A stretch of DNA of 64,000 bases from an uncultured bacterium (GTDB taxonomy: Bacteria; Desulfobacterota; Deferrimicrobia; Deferrimicrobiales; Deferrimicrobiaceae), in assembly GCA_963741515.1 (NCBI GenBank), contig CAVUIA010000009.1:32287-96286 (forward strand), given 5' to 3'. The position numbers and the translations under genes were made by a program. The notes beneath the pieces were generated by a model. The model did no database searches and was not told where the DNA came from. It saw only the letters and a list, made by a program, of their open reading frames with translations. Positions 18,557 to 28,293 of the stretch are shown piece by piece; the stretch's first letter is position 1, and every line of letters starts with the position of its first letter.

Positions 18557-20071
18557 ATGGAAAGGCGGGGCTTCCGAAAGTGCTTGGGCATCGGCCTCCT
18601 GGCCGCCGGCCTGGCGGCCGCGGCCGGGGGGCGTTGCCCGGCGGAAGAAGCGAAAGGGAAGTGGCTGGCGGGCGATTACCACACCCATACCCTGCTGAGC
18701 GACGGCGGCTGTCCGCTGGAAGAAGTCGCCTTCCACGCGTTTCTCAACAAGCTCGACTGGTTCGCCGTCACCGATCACGGAGGCGCCTCCCGCCGGGACC
18801 GGCACGGGAACCCCTTCCCGGTCCCGGTTCCCCGCTGGATCACGTTGCAGGACCAGTCTTTTCCGGCCGTCCGGAGCCTCCGGGAGGCCTTCCCTCAAAA
18901 GGAGATCCTCCTTGGATTCGAATGGAGCGTCCCGGGCCTGGAGCACGCAAGCGTCGTGATCGCGGCGGACGAGCCCGACGCCGTGAGCGCCTTCGAGTAC
19001 ATGTGCGACGCCGGCGATGCCGACACGAGCCGGGACCTTCCGAAATGGAACCGGACCCGCGCGGACGCCCTCAAGTGCGCCGCGTACCTGGAGGGAAGCT
19101 ACGGGGGGACGAGCTTCCTCCTGCCGAACCACCCTTCCCGTAAATTGAAATACAAGATCGCCGACCTGCGGGAGCTGAACGACGCGGCCCCCTCCGTGGT
19201 TTTCGGATTCGAGGGGATCCCTGGCGCCCAGAAGCATGCCGTCCGGGGAGGCTACAACCACGTCTCCCCGCACCGCTTCGACAACGACCGGTCCCGGACG
19301 CACGGCGGCGCGGACTACATGGCCGCGAAAGTCGGCGGGGCGTGGGACGCCCTTCTGGGCGAAGGACGCCGCTTCTTTCTTTTCGCGAACTCGGATTTCC
19401 ACGAAAAGGGCTTCCGGCCCGGGGAGTACTCCAGGTCCTACACCTTCGTAAAGGGGACCGGCCCCAGGGCCATCGTCGACGGAATGCGGTCCGGCAACTC
19501 CTTCGCCGTCCTCGGCGACCTGATCGACGCCCTCTCCTTCACGGCGTCCGCGGCCGGCGGCGCCGCGACCATGGGGGAGACGCTGCGGGTGAAGCGGGGC
19601 GACCGGGTGGAGATCTCCGTCGCGTTCCGTTCGCCGGAGTTCAACAACAACGGCGACGCCCCCCGGGTCGACCATATCGACCTGATCGCCGGGCGGGTCA
19701 AAGGAAAGGCAAAGCCCGGGACCCGCGCGTACCAACGCGACGTCAACCCGACCGCCCGGGTCGCCGCCCGGATCTCCGCGGGGGACCTGACGTGCGACAT
19801 GGGCTCCTGCCGGGCGAAGGTCGACGTTGGAACCGTCCACGAAGCGATGTACTTCCGCCTCCGCGGCACGAACCTGCCGCCCTCGACGCCGGGGGAAACG
19901 GACGAAGAGGGGAACCCGTTGTCCGACGACGAGGCGTGCGGAAAGGATCAGGCCCCCCCGAAATGCAACACGCGGGAGAAGGCGTACGGGGACCTGTGGT
20001 TCTACTCCAACCCGATCTTCGTGGAGATCACCGCGCGTGGAGACTTCCCGACCGAGGATTTTCCGCGATAA
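18557..20071 (+). CDS. Secreted PHP-fold phosphoesterase
   Basis: RR-containing signal peptide, GDYHTHT..SDG, TDH, GFEW, NHP, ANSDFH, YSNPIFV. Confidence 0.75.
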   Translation: MERRGFRKCLGIGLLAAGLAAAAGGRCPAEEAKGKWLAGDYHTHTLLSDGGCPLEEVAFHAFLNKLDWFAVTDHGGASRRDRHGNPFPVPVPRWITLQDQSFPAVRSLREAFPQKEILLGFEWSVPGLEHASVVIAADEPDAVSAFEYMCDAGDADTSRDLPKWNRTRADALKCAAYLEGSYGGTSFLLPNHPSRKLKYKIADLRELNDAAPSVVFGFEGIPGAQKHAVRGGYNHVSPHRFDNDRSRTHGGADYMAAKVGGAWDALLGEGRRFFLFANSDFHEKGFRPGEYSRSYTFVKGTGPRAIVDGMRSGNSFAVLGDLIDALSFTASAAGGAATMGETLRVKRGDRVEISVAFRSPEFNNNGDAPRVDHIDLIAGRVKGKAKPGTRAYQRDVNPTARVAARISAGDLTCDMGSCRAKVDVGTVHEAMYFRLRGTNLPPSTPGETDEEGNPLSDDEACGKDQAPPKCNTREKAYGDLWFYSNPIFVEITARGDFPTEDFPR

Positions 20072-20168
20072 GCGGACGGGCGGGTTGTCCGCTTCGAAAG
20101 GCCCTTGCGCCCCGCGAAGCTGAAGACCCGGGTGCGAAGGTCCCTCGAGCCGCTAACGGGCAGCCGGT

Positions 20169-21356
20169 TCATCCTGCCGCCCCCTCCTCCCCGGGCGTAA
20201 GGGCCGGCGATCCTCCCTCCGGGATGAGCCGGGACCCGCGGGCGATCCGCAACGTCCTCCCCCGCCATTCCACGTTCCTCGAAAAGAACGCCGAGAACCA
20301 CAGCCCGAAAGCCGCGAGGTCTCGCACCGGGCCCAGGAACGCCCAGCGGGCCGAGGAGCGGTCCCCCAGCTTCAGGAACAGGCCGAGGTCCATGGCCGCC
20401 TTCGCGGCGACGACCACGCAGGCGATCCGCAGGGAGGAAGGATCCGCTCCCGCCGCCGCGATCATCGGCAGGGTGAGCCCCACGGGGTTGGCCAGCAGCT
20501 CGGCGAAATAAGCCGGCCCCGCGATGGAAAACCGCATCCGGTTCCACCGGGCGTGCCGGGAAAGGAACTCGCGCACCGTGCGATACACGCTCACGGTGTC
20601 CACGGGAGAGGACGAAACGACGACTTTCTTCCCCGCCTTGTGGAACCGTTCGCCCAGAATGTAATCCTCGGCGAGATAATCCTTCACCCCGCGCAGTCCC
20701 CCGAGCGCCTCCAGGTCGGACCGCCGCATGAGCATCGACTTGCCGACAACGCAGGGAATGGAGAACATCCGGTCCAGGATGCACACGGAGGGGAGGAGGA
20801 ACGAGTTCAGGTGCTGGCTCTCCAGCCGCGCGCCCAGCGTTTTCGCGCCGACGCCGCGCACGAGGTGCGTGACCATCCCCACCACGGGATCCCGGAAATG
20901 CGACACGGCCTCCCGGAGATACCCAGCCTCCGGCGCCACGTTGCTGTCGCTGATCATCACGAAGGGGTATTTCGCCGCGGCGTAGCCCGGGAGCATGTTG
21001 CTCACCTTGGGGTTCAACCCCTCCTGGCAATCGGCGGCCACGATGGAGATGTCGCATCCGGGATGCATCTCCTTCACTTTCCGGGCGACCCGCCGCGCCG
21101 GGTCGCTCGACCCCTGTATGCAGAAGATGACCTCATACGCCGGGTAGTCCAGGCGGCAGAACGCCGAGAGGTTGTCCAGAAGCCGGTCGTCCACCCCCTT
21201 CAGCGGCTTCAGGATCGACACGGGCGGAAGATCCGCCCCGTCCCCCGCCTCAACCCGCGGCGTTTGGCGAAGCGCGTTCCACGCGAAACCGAAACGGAGA
21301 GCGCAGGCCGCGAGCGACGCGGCCGCGAGCAGCTCGAACGCCAGGACCATCATCAT
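20169..21356 (-). CDS. GT21 ceramide-glucosyltransferase/HpnI-like glycosyltransferase
   Basis: LKPLKG, NPKV, ISDSN, GKSM, LAEDY, RHARW; N- and C-terminal TM helices. Confidence 0.88.
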   Translation of the reverse strand: MMMVLAFELLAAASLAACALRFGFAWNALRQTPRVEAGDGADLPPVSILKPLKGVDDRLLDNLSAFCRLDYPAYEVIFCIQGSSDPARRVARKVKEMHPGCDISIVAADCQEGLNPKVSNMLPGYAAAKYPFVMISDSNVAPEAGYLREAVSHFRDPVVGMVTHLVRGVGAKTLGARLESQHLNSFLLPSVCILDRMFSIPCVVGKSMLMRRSDLEALGGLRGVKDYLAEDYILGERFHKAGKKVVVSSSPVDTVSVYRTVREFLSRHARWNRMRFSIAGPAYFAELLANPVGLTLPMIAAAGADPSSLRIACVVVAAKAAMDLGLFLKLGDRSSARWAFLGPVRDLAAFGLWFSAFFSRNVEWRGRTLRIARGSRLIPEGGSPALTPGEEGAAG

Positions 21357-21363
21357 CTCCCCC

Positions 21364-22074
21364 TTATCCTTTCGACGTCCCGTTCCGGAACATGGTGATC
21401 GCCACCCCCCGGTTGTCCCGGATGCACTCCTTCACCGATTCGAGGTCCTTTTCGCACGGAAGGAGGGTCTTCCAGGAATACAAGTGCTGCGCCTTGTGGA
21501 AGTCCCCGTTGGCGAGGATCGGATAGTTGCTCAGGCTCACGACGGAAAACAGGTCGTTCCGGTTCGCTACCTCCCAGGCGTCGAAATACGGTGCGTACTC
21601 TTCCCTGTGGTTCCAGAAATACAGGGTGTCGTGCATCTCGTGGTCCGTGTAATGGGGGTGGCACGCCACCACGACCGCGTCCTGCGAGCGCGCCTCGCGG
21701 AAGACATCGGGCCAGGGCAGGTCGGCGGAAACGTATTTCCCCAGCCCCAGGAGGAGGACGTGCGCGGAGTCGTCCCTGGAAAGGTAATCCTTCGTGACCT
21801 CCACCCCCGGTATGAGCAGCATGCCGTAACGCGCCATCGCGCGCCCGGCCTCATACCGGAGGGCTTCCATGTACAGCGGGAAGTTCTCCTCCGACACGGC
21901 CTTGTTCAGGCGGTTCGCCAGCGCCCCGATGGCGCTGTCCCTGTTGTAGACGTGGTCCGTGATCGCGATGACGTCGAACCCCGCCTGCCCGTAGATGTCG
22001 ACGGCATCCGGCAGATCCACCGACCCGTCCGACCACGTGGTGTGGATGTGGAAATCGCATAAAAGTGTTTTCAT
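21364..22074 (-). CDS. PHP domain phosphoesterase
   Basis: DFHIHT..SDG, AITDH, PGVE, HVL, CHPH, NGDFH. Confidence 0.85.
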   Translation of the reverse strand: MKTLLCDFHIHTTWSDGSVDLPDAVDIYGQAGFDVIAITDHVYNRDSAIGALANRLNKAVSEENFPLYMEALRYEAGRAMARYGMLLIPGVEVTKDYLSRDDSAHVLLLGLGKYVSADLPWPDVFREARSQDAVVVACHPHYTDHEMHDTLYFWNHREEYAPYFDAWEVANRNDLFSVVSLSNYPILANGDFHKAQHLYSWKTLLPCEKDLESVKECIRDNRGVAITMFRNGTSKG

Positions 22075-22108
22075 GGTCCGGAGGATAACCGCGCGGCGCT
22101 TCGAAGGG

Positions 22109-22136
22109 ATGAAATCGGCGTGAAAGGTGTGTTAAG
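22109..22136 (-). promoter_or_regulatory. Putative Pho box upstream of PHP-GT21
   Basis: Minus strand cttaac-N5-tttcac-N5-tttcat (11-bp period), TATCCT downstream; first repeat overlaps the GH1 stop codon. Confidence 0.55.
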
Positions 22137-23403
22137 TCTTGCGGGCCCAGCGCGCGAAATACGCGGCGGCCGCCGTCGGCCGGCGTTCCAGGGTGTCGAA
22201 ATCCACGTGGTAGAGACCGAACCGGGGCCGAAGCCCTTCCAGCCATTCGTAGTTGTCCATCAGGGACCACCAGAAGTACCCCCGGACGTCGATCCCTTCC
22301 CGGATCACCCTCCGGACCGCGCGCACGTGGTCCCTCATGTAGGCGATCTTCCGGGCGTCGTCCGTCTCGGCCGCCCCGTTCTCGGTGACGACGATCGGCA
22401 CCCCGGCCAGCGCGGCGTGCCGCAGGACGTCCTCGAACCCCTTCGGGTAGATCTCCCAGCCGGTCTCGGTGAGCCCCCGCCGGGCGCGATCCTCCCAGAA
22501 ATACTCCGGCCCTTTCAGGTTCCACGGGGAGAGGCGGAGGAACAGCCGGAAATAGTAATTCACACCGAGGAAATCGAGTTTGCCCTGCACGCCCACGGGG
22601 GTCTCCTCGTCCAGGAAAAACGGGACGCGTATGGAAAAGACCCCGGTCCGGAACGTCTCGATCAGCCCCATGTTGTAGATCGAGTGCGCGATCCCGGCGG
22701 CCCACCCGTCCAGCGCCGATTTTCCGGAGGCCGGCTGGAACGACACCATGTTGTGCGCCACGCCGACCGACACCGGCCCCTTCGCCTCGGCGTGGATCAT
22801 GTCGTACGCGGCCGCGTGCGCGCGGAATACGTTCGCATATGCGGCGAAGCCTTCCCGGGCGTTCTTCCTGCCAGGGGGCATCACCCCGCCGAGGTACCCC
22901 CCCGCGATGAAGACGTTCGGCTCGTTGAACGTGACGAACACCCGGACGGAGTCCCGCAGGCAGCGCACCGCGCGCCCGGCGAACCGGAGGAACTCCTCCG
23001 CCGTCGCCGGATCCTCCCAGCCGGAGCGTCCGACCAGCCAGGAAGGGTTGGTGAAATGATGCAGGGTGACCACGGGCTCGATCCCCGCCTCCCTCAGCCG
23101 GGAGGCGATCCTTACGTAGCGGTCCATCTCCTTGCGGTCCCAATCGCGCCGGCGGGGAACCACCCGGCTCCACTCCAGGGAGAAGCGGTACGCATTGACC
23201 CCGAGGTCCGAAAGGAGGTCGAGGTCCTTGTCCGTGCGCCATGCATGGCCGACCCCGTGGAGCCTCGCCTTCCGGTCCGCCTCGTCCCGCAGGTTCCACC
23301 GGGTCCAGTCGCACCGGGGCGATCCCTCCATCTGGAACGCGGAGGTCGCCACGCCCCACAGGAATCGTTCGGGCCCGGGAAATGAACTGGTCTCCCTTCG
23401 CAA
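22132..23403 (-). CDS. GH1 beta-glycosidase
   Basis: FLWGVATSAFQMEG, YRFSLEWSR, TLHHF, TFNEP, VTENG, WSLMDNYEW; TTG start inferred. Confidence 0.92.
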   Translation of the reverse strand: MRRETSSFPGPERFLWGVATSAFQMEGSPRCDWTRWNLRDEADRKARLHGVGHAWRTDKDLDLLSDLGVNAYRFSLEWSRVVPRRRDWDRKEMDRYVRIASRLREAGIEPVVTLHHFTNPSWLVGRSGWEDPATAEEFLRFAGRAVRCLRDSVRVFVTFNEPNVFIAGGYLGGVMPPGRKNAREGFAAYANVFRAHAAAYDMIHAEAKGPVSVGVAHNMVSFQPASGKSALDGWAAGIAHSIYNMGLIETFRTGVFSIRVPFFLDEETPVGVQGKLDFLGVNYYFRLFLRLSPWNLKGPEYFWEDRARRGLTETGWEIYPKGFEDVLRHAALAGVPIVVTENGAAETDDARKIAYMRDHVRAVRRVIREGIDVRGYFWWSLMDNYEWLEGLRPRFGLYHVDFDTLERRPTAAAAYFARWARKT

Positions 23404-23479
23404 CCCGTCTTCTCCCTTTCTTCGCCGGCCATCCACAGCGCCGGGGTTCCATCCTAACCGGCAAGGACGCCGTCCGCGC

Positions 23480-23496
23480 ATCAAGAACCGGTTAAG
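23480..23496 (-). promoter_or_regulatory. Putative Pho box upstream of GH1
   Basis: Minus strand cttaac-N5-cttgat. Confidence 0.5.
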
Positions 23497-23531
23497 AATC
23501 CGCCGGCCCGGGGGCTTTCCCCATGAACGAT

Positions 23532-23575
23532 CTTTACCCGATCGTAACCCGGTCTTCATCTCCCGCCGCTATCCT
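23532..23575 (+). promoter_or_regulatory. Putative Pho box and -10 upstream of olsB-like gene
   Basis: ctttac-N5-cgtaac-N5-cttcat, TATCCT starting 16 bp after the start of the last repeat. Confidence 0.55.
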
Positions 23576-23616
23576 CTTCACGACAGCAGGGGAAACCGCG
23601 CGAAGGAGGATACGCC

Positions 23617-24438
23617 ATGCAGGATTTCATCTCGCCCCCGGAAACCGCCCCCCGCCGGCGATTCGTCCCCCGGCACCATGTCGGGAACCCGCTCATACTG
23701 AGGGAGAACGGGCTGGAGCTTCGGCTGGCGACGAGCCCGTCGGAGACGACCGAAGCGCAGAGGCTGCGGTTCGACGTCTTCCACCAGGAGCTGCGGCTCG
23801 GCGGCCTGGTCGCATCCCGCGCCATCGGCCTGGACCAGGACGCGCACGACAGCCATTGCGACCACCTGCTCGTAGTCGACACCGACCGCGACTGCCTCGC
23901 CGGGACCTACCGGCTCCTCCCCTTCGACCGGGTCCCGTCGTTCGGATATTACTCGGAATCCGAGTTCGAGCTGGCGAACCTGAAGCGGTCGGGGCTCCGG
24001 CTTCTCGAGCTCGGCCGAAGCTGCGTGGCGCTCGAGTACCGCAACGGGAGCGTCATCCGCCTTCTGTTCCAGGGAATCGTGGAATACATGCGCCGCTGCA
24101 ACGCGAACGCGCTGATGGGATGCGCGAGCGTCTACGGGGTCGACGGGGAGGAGCTGTCCGCGATCCAGCGGATGCTGCTGCGGGATTTCCTGGTCGAGCC
24201 CGGGCTGCGGGTCACCCCCCGGCGGGGATTCGACGTTCCCCCGTTTCCCGTCGCGGAGAACGCGGACGAAAGCTCCACGCTCCGGAATCTCCCCCCGCTG
24301 TTCAAGGGGTATCTCCGCCTTGGCGCAAAGGTGTGCGGCCCCCCGGCGCACGACCGCCAGTTCGGGACGACCGACTTCCTCGTGCTGGCGAGGGCCGGGG
24401 AGATCTCCAGCCGGTTCGGCCGCAGGTTCCTCGCGTAA
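23617..24438 (+). CDS. olsB: OlsB-like GNAT amino-acid N-acyltransferase (ornithine lipid synthesis)
   Basis: AQRLRFDVF, D..D..CDHLLV, GTYRL, YYSESEF, ELGRSCV, PPLFKGYLRLGAKVCGPPA.D..F.T.D. Confidence 0.85.
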   Translation: MQDFISPPETAPRRRFVPRHHVGNPLILRENGLELRLATSPSETTEAQRLRFDVFHQELRLGGLVASRAIGLDQDAHDSHCDHLLVVDTDRDCLAGTYRLLPFDRVPSFGYYSESEFELANLKRSGLRLLELGRSCVALEYRNGSVIRLLFQGIVEYMRRCNANALMGCASVYGVDGEELSAIQRMLLRDFLVEPGLRVTPRRGFDVPPFPVAENADESSTLRNLPPLFKGYLRLGAKVCGPPAHDRQFGTTDFLVLARAGEISSRFGRRFLA

Positions 24439-24449
24439 TCTTGACGGAG

Positions 24450-25214
24450 ATGCGCCGGATCCTTCGCCTGGCAGCGTTTCTCGCCGTTTCCATCTTTCCG
24501 GCCTCCGCCCTCGCGGCCACCGCGTGGGCCGTGCCGCAGGGACGACGCGAAGGGTACCGCGCGAAATATTTCAGGGCCTGGTCGGTCGCCGTATGCCGGA
24601 TCCTCGGCATCCGGGTGGACGTCAGCGGCGAACCGCCGGAGTCCGGATGCGCGCTCGCCGCATCCAACCACCTCGGCTACGCCGACATCCCGGTCCTGGG
24701 AAGCGTTTTCCCGGGGACCTTCGTATCGAAAGCGGAGGTCGCCCGGTGGCCCGTGATCGGTTTCCTGGCGAGCGCCGCCGGAACCGTGTACGTCGACCGT
24801 GAAGACCGGGCGGCCGCCGGGAAGTTCGTGGAGGAAATAAGGCGCAGGATCGGGAACGGGGGCAACGTGCTGGTGTTCGCCGAAGGAACCTCCAGCCGGG
24901 GGGAAACGGTCCTCCCCTTCAAGTCCGCCCCCTTCGCGGCGGTGGCCGGCGACCCCGGGAAATCGGTGCTTCCGGTTCGCCTCGACGTCGTGGAGATCGA
25001 CGGAATGCCCGCCGTCGGCGCCCGCCGCGACGCGGTCTGCTGGCACGGGGACGCCGCTTTCGTCCCCCATTTTTTCAGGCTGCTGGCCCTTCGCAACATC
25101 CGGTACCGCATCGTCATCGGCGCGCCGATCCCTTGCGGCGGCACCGATCGGAAACGGCTTGCCCGGGCAAGCCGCGAACGGGTCGTCTCGCTCGGGCACC
25201 ATCCCTTGCCGTGA
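24450..25214 (+). CDS. PlsC/OlsA-like acyltransferase
   Basis: SNHLGYAD (HX4D), FVSKAEV..WP, FAEGT, LPFK; follows olsB. Confidence 0.88.
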   Translation: MRRILRLAAFLAVSIFPASALAATAWAVPQGRREGYRAKYFRAWSVAVCRILGIRVDVSGEPPESGCALAASNHLGYADIPVLGSVFPGTFVSKAEVARWPVIGFLASAAGTVYVDREDRAAAGKFVEEIRRRIGNGGNVLVFAEGTSSRGETVLPFKSAPFAAVAGDPGKSVLPVRLDVVEIDGMPAVGARRDAVCWHGDAAFVPHFFRLLALRNIRYRIVIGAPIPCGGTDRKRLARASRERVVSLGHHPLP

Positions 25215-25300
25215 CAACCGGGGAGAAAGGGCAGGAAACTGTTCCTTCCATTTCGCCGCCCACTATAATGGAACTCCAGGAACGCTCCGCGGAGGCGCCA

Positions 25301-25990
25301 TTGTCGAAGACCATCCTCGTGGTGGAAGACGAGAAGGAGATCCGGGACCTCCTCGCCCACTGCCTCCACAAGGAAGGCTTCGCCCCCATCCTGGCTCCCG
25401 ACGGGGAAACCGCCATCGCGAAGGCGAGGAAGGAAAAGCCCGACCTGGTCCTCCTCGACATCCTTCTGCCGAAGGCCGACGGGCTGGAGGTGCTGCGCGC
25501 CATCCGGTCGAGCCCCGGCATCGAGGGGACGCCGGTCGTCATGCTGACCGCGAAGGGGGACGAGACCGATCGGGTCGTCGGCCTGGAGCTGGGGGCCGAC
25601 GACTACATCACCAAACCTTTCAGCCCGAGGGAGGTGGTCGCGCGGATCAAGGCGGTCTTCCGGCGCAGCCACCCCGGGGGCCGCGATGCGGAGGCGGCCA
25701 CGCTCGTGCACGGCGATCTCCACATGGACGTGGGGCGCCACGAAGTCCGTTTCCGGGGCGATGCCGTCTCCCTCACCACGAAGGAATTCCGGATCCTCCA
25801 GGCGCTCCTCTCCTCCTCGGGGCGCGTCCTTTCCCGCGAGGCGATCCTCCGGAAGGCCTGGGGGGAGGACACCCACGTGATCGACCGGACGGTGGACGTC
25901 CACATCGCGAAGCTCCGCCAGAAGATCCCGCTCCTCGCCCACGCCATCGAAACCGTGAAGGACATCGGGTACAAGCTCCGGGAAGGGTGA
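25301..25990 (+). CDS. phoB: PhoB/PhoP-like OmpR-family response regulator
   Basis: ILVVEDE, LLDILLP, GADDYITKPF, RTVDVHIAKLRQK; GGAGG before TTG; pst context. Confidence 0.85.
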   Translation: MSKTILVVEDEKEIRDLLAHCLHKEGFAPILAPDGETAIAKARKEKPDLVLLDILLPKADGLEVLRAIRSSPGIEGTPVVMLTAKGDETDRVVGLELGADDYITKPFSPREVVARIKAVFRRSHPGGRDAEAATLVHGDLHMDVGRHEVRFRGDAVSLTTKEFRILQALLSSSGRVLSREAILRKAWGEDTHVIDRTVDVHIAKLRQKIPLLAHAIETVKDIGYKLREG

Positions 25991-25996
25991 CGGACC

Positions 25997-27787
25997 ATGG
26001 CCAGACGCCTCTCCATCGCCTCCAAGTTCTTCCTCACCCACCTGGCGGTCGCCGGGATCGCGCTGCTGATCGCGGGAACCGTCGCTTTCTTCAGCGTGCG
26101 CGGCATCGTCATGAAGGACGCCGACGAGACCCTCTTCATCAATGCGACACTGGTCGTGGAAACGTTCCGCCCCCTCCTCGCGGCGCATCCGCTGGACCTG
26201 AAAGAAATCGCGCGGGAGGGAGATCACATCGGGAAGATCTCCGGGACCCGCCTCACCGTCGTGCTCCCGGACGGCACCGTCGTGGCCGACTCCACCGTCG
26301 GGGCGGAAGGGCTGACGGGAATGGATAACCACGAGAGCCACCCGGAGATCCGGGAGGCGCTGTCGGGAGTGCCGGGATTCTCGCATCGCCGGAGCATCAC
26401 CGTCCGGGAAGAGATGCGGTACGCCGCGCTGCCGATCGAATTGGAAGGCACCGTCATCGGGGCCGCCCGGACGGCCATCCCCGTCCCGATCCTGGACGGA
26501 CGCCTCCGGCGGATCATGGCCGTCATCTACGGCACGGGGCTCGCGGCGCTGCTGCTCATCCTGGGCGGGGCGGCCCTGCTGGCCCGGAGGATCACCGGCC
26601 CGCTGGCGCAGATGAAGGCGGCCGCCCAGGAGATGGGAGCCGGCAACCTGTCGCGGCCCCTGCAGATCCGGACGGGAGACGAAGTCGAGGACGTGGCGAA
26701 CGCGATGAACCGGATGGCGTCGCAGCTCTCGGATACGATCCGCCAGCTCGACGCGGAAAAGACGCGCCTGATGACGCTCCTCGCGAACCTCTCCGACGGC
26801 GTGATCGTCGTCGCGCCGGACCGGACCGTGCGGATGATGAACCGTGCGGCGGGAAAGGTCCTCGGCGCGTCGGAGACGATGGCGGAAGGCCGCCCCTACG
26901 CGGAGGCGATCCGCCTGCCGCAGATCCTCTCCTTCATCGACGCATGGGCAAGGGGAGAGGAAGCGAAACCGGGGGACATCACGGTCCCGTCGCGCGAAGG
27001 GGACCGGACGGTCCGGCTCTCCGCCACCATGGTCCGGTACCGGGGCGAAACCGGGGCGGACGTGCTCATCACGCTCCGGGACATCACCGAGGAACGCAGG
27101 CTTTCCCAGATCAAGAGCGACTTCGTCTCCAACGCCTCCCACGAACTGCGGACCCCCCTGACGAACATCCGCGGGTACCTCGAGGCATTCCAGGACGGGC
27201 TCCGGCAGGGGGAAACGCCGGACCCGGCGTTCCTCGACACCGTCCATGCCAACGCCCTCCGGATGGAGCAGCTCCTCGACGACCTGCTCCAGCTGTCGCG
27301 GGCCGAATCCGGGGCGGCGCCCCTCGTAATGGAGGAAATCTCCATTTCCTCCTTCTTCTCCAGGATCGAAGACCAGCACCGTTTGCCCGCCAGGCAGGCG
27401 GGGAAGACGCTGGAGACGGTCCCGGGCGACGGGACCTTCCGCGCCGACATCCGGACCCTTTCGCTCGCCGTCTCGAACCTGGTGGACAACGCGATCAAGT
27501 ACGGGAAGGAAGGCGGCCGCATCACGGTTTCCGGAAAGATCGACGGGGAATCCTGCGTGATCGAGGTGGCGGACGACGGACCGGGGATCCCCGCGGAACA
27601 CCTGCCCCGGCTCTTCGAACGATTCTACCGGGTGGACAAGGGGCGCTCCCGCGAACTGGGCGGCACCGGCCTCGGGCTGTCCATCGTCCGGCATGTCGTC
27701 GAATCGCATGGAGGAAGCATCAACGTAAAGAGCCGTCTCGGGGAGGGAACGCGGTTCACCCTCCGGGTTCCGGCGAAAACCCCATGA
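25997..27787 (+). CDS. phoR: PhoR-like sensor histidine kinase (HAMP-PAS-HisKA-HATPase)
   Basis: DFVSNASHELRTPL, NLVDNAIKY, FERFYRVDKGRSRELGGTGLGL. Confidence 0.9.
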   Translation: MARRLSIASKFFLTHLAVAGIALLIAGTVAFFSVRGIVMKDADETLFINATLVVETFRPLLAAHPLDLKEIAREGDHIGKISGTRLTVVLPDGTVVADSTVGAEGLTGMDNHESHPEIREALSGVPGFSHRRSITVREEMRYAALPIELEGTVIGAARTAIPVPILDGRLRRIMAVIYGTGLAALLLILGGAALLARRITGPLAQMKAAAQEMGAGNLSRPLQIRTGDEVEDVANAMNRMASQLSDTIRQLDAEKTRLMTLLANLSDGVIVVAPDRTVRMMNRAAGKVLGASETMAEGRPYAEAIRLPQILSFIDAWARGEEAKPGDITVPSREGDRTVRLSATMVRYRGETGADVLITLRDITEERRLSQIKSDFVSNASHELRTPLTNIRGYLEAFQDGLRQGETPDPAFLDTVHANALRMEQLLDDLLQLSRAESGAAPLVMEEISISSFFSRIEDQHRLPARQAGKTLETVPGDGTFRADIRTLSLAVSNLVDNAIKYGKEGGRITVSGKIDGESCVIEVADDGPGIPAEHLPRLFERFYRVDKGRSRELGGTGLGLSIVRHVVESHGGSINVKSRLGEGTRFTLRVPAKTP

Positions 27788-28293
27788 AGCTGTACCTTGT
27801 CCGTCACGCCGAGGCGATCGAACGCCCGGGCACGCTGCCGGACGCGCAGAGGTACCTGACCGCGAAAGGGCGCCTGGCGTTCCGGGAGATCGCCCGCCGG
27901 GTCCGCGACGCCGGGGCGGCCCCCGACATCATCTTCTCGAGCCCCCTGCTGCGCGCCGTCCAGACCGCGGAGATCCTCTCGGAACGGCTGAAGCACCGGG
28001 GCGACATCGTGGTGGCGCGGGAGCTGGCGCCCGGGTTCGACCACGAAGCGCTCCGTTCCCTCCTCGCCGGGGAGGAAGGCATCCGGGAAGCGGCGTTCGT
28101 CGGGCACGAGCCCGACCTGGGGATCCTGTCCGCCTGCCTGCTTTCGCCCGCGGTGGCGTATTTCCCGTTCCGGAAGGGGGCCGTGGCCGCGCTGGAAACG
28201 GGAAAAGACGTTTCGAAGGGAAGCGCCCGCTTCCTCTGGAGGGTGGACGGCAAGGGGATGGTCACCGAGCTCACCGACGCGTCGGAAGGGTAA
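27784..28293 (+). CDS. sixA: SixA-like phosphohistidine phosphatase
   Basis: LYLVRHA, LT.KG, SSPLLRAVQTA, VGHEP. Confidence 0.85.
   Translation: MKLYLVRHAEAIERPGTLPDAQRYLTAKGRLAFREIARRVRDAGAAPDIIFSSPLLRAVQTAEILSERLKHRGDIVVARELAPGFDHEALRSLLAGEEGIREAAFVGHEPDLGILSACLLSPAVAYFPFRKGAVAALETGKDVSKGSARFLWRVDGKGMVTELTDASEG

Noticed and set aside
20071-20150. Hairpins between the convergent PHP and GT21 genes as a fourth structured element
   Set aside because: Lacks the GGA arms and ccgca junction; more likely a terminator region
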